DNA of 14,991 bases from Candidatus Micrarchaeia archaeon (GTDB taxonomy: Archaea; Micrarchaeota; Micrarchaeia; Micrarchaeales; Micrarchaeaceae), in the NCBI GenBank assembly GCA_049964795.1, contig JBMFWY010000017.1:1-14991 (forward strand), in the 5' to 3' direction. Below, piece by piece: positions 14,825 to 14,991 of the stretch (positions within the stretch are counted from its first letter, which is position 1; each line of letters begins with the position of its first letter). The notes below the pieces were generated by a model, which ran no database searches, had not been told where the DNA came from, and saw only the letters and a program-made list of their open reading frames with translations. The position numbers were made by a program, and so were the translations under genes.

Positions 14825-14967
14825 CTTTTCTCCCAAGTCATATCCTTTCTAATTCTAATAAATGATATAGTTTAGTATTGTCAATTGTGTCTTAGGCTAA
14901 GGATTGGCATGTAGGTTCAGGCTCTTGGGACTTCATTTCGCAAAAGTTCTTATTCTTGCCCTTTTTC

Positions 14968-14983
14968 AGAAAGTTTTATATAT
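14968..14983 (+). promoter_or_regulatory. BRE/TATA-like promoter for a gene beyond the right edge
   Basis: AGAAAG-TTTTATATA close to the window end. Confidence 0.4.
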
Positions 14984-14991
14984 GAAGCAAG

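Noticed and set aside
239-14841. Many short antisense or alternate-frame ORFs in the track (e.g. 640-1026, 4141-4476, 5522-5971, 6939-7355, 7470-7658, 8291-8509, 8530-8994, 13584-14099, 14166-14576, 14656-14841)
   Set aside because: They are shadows of well-supported genes or of the tRNA, with no recognisable motifs.

Overview
Archaeal chromosomal window. The KEOPS genes kae1/bud32, a SelB-like aSelBL, BRE/TATA promoters, GGTG(A) ribosome-binding sites and a tRNA intron at a non-canonical position suggest an acidophilic DPANN archaeon such as Micrarchaeota (inference). In order: 3' end of an unknown gene, bud32 and kae1 (minus), a Ser/Thr-rich membrane-anchored surface protein, a decayed GT2/GT21 glycosyltransferase pseudogene, malic enzyme, agmatinase, a 4-TM protein, an AhpC peroxiredoxin, an unannotated 59-aa membrane protein, a C39-like peptidase homologue with Ser at the catalytic Cys position, tRNA-Leu(CAA) with an 11-nt T-loop intron, a divergent NAD kinase-family gene, a Pho84-like MFS phosphate transporter fused to a DUF47/PhoU-like domain, a TPR protein, an orphan coiled-coil protein, aSelBL lacking a P-loop, and an unannotated 48-aa membrane peptide. 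No mobile element or CRISPR array is visible. The most notable items are the MFS-DUF47 fusion, the minimal T-loop intron and the Cys-to-Ser C39 protein. All family calls come from motif recognition by eye; no database searches were run.
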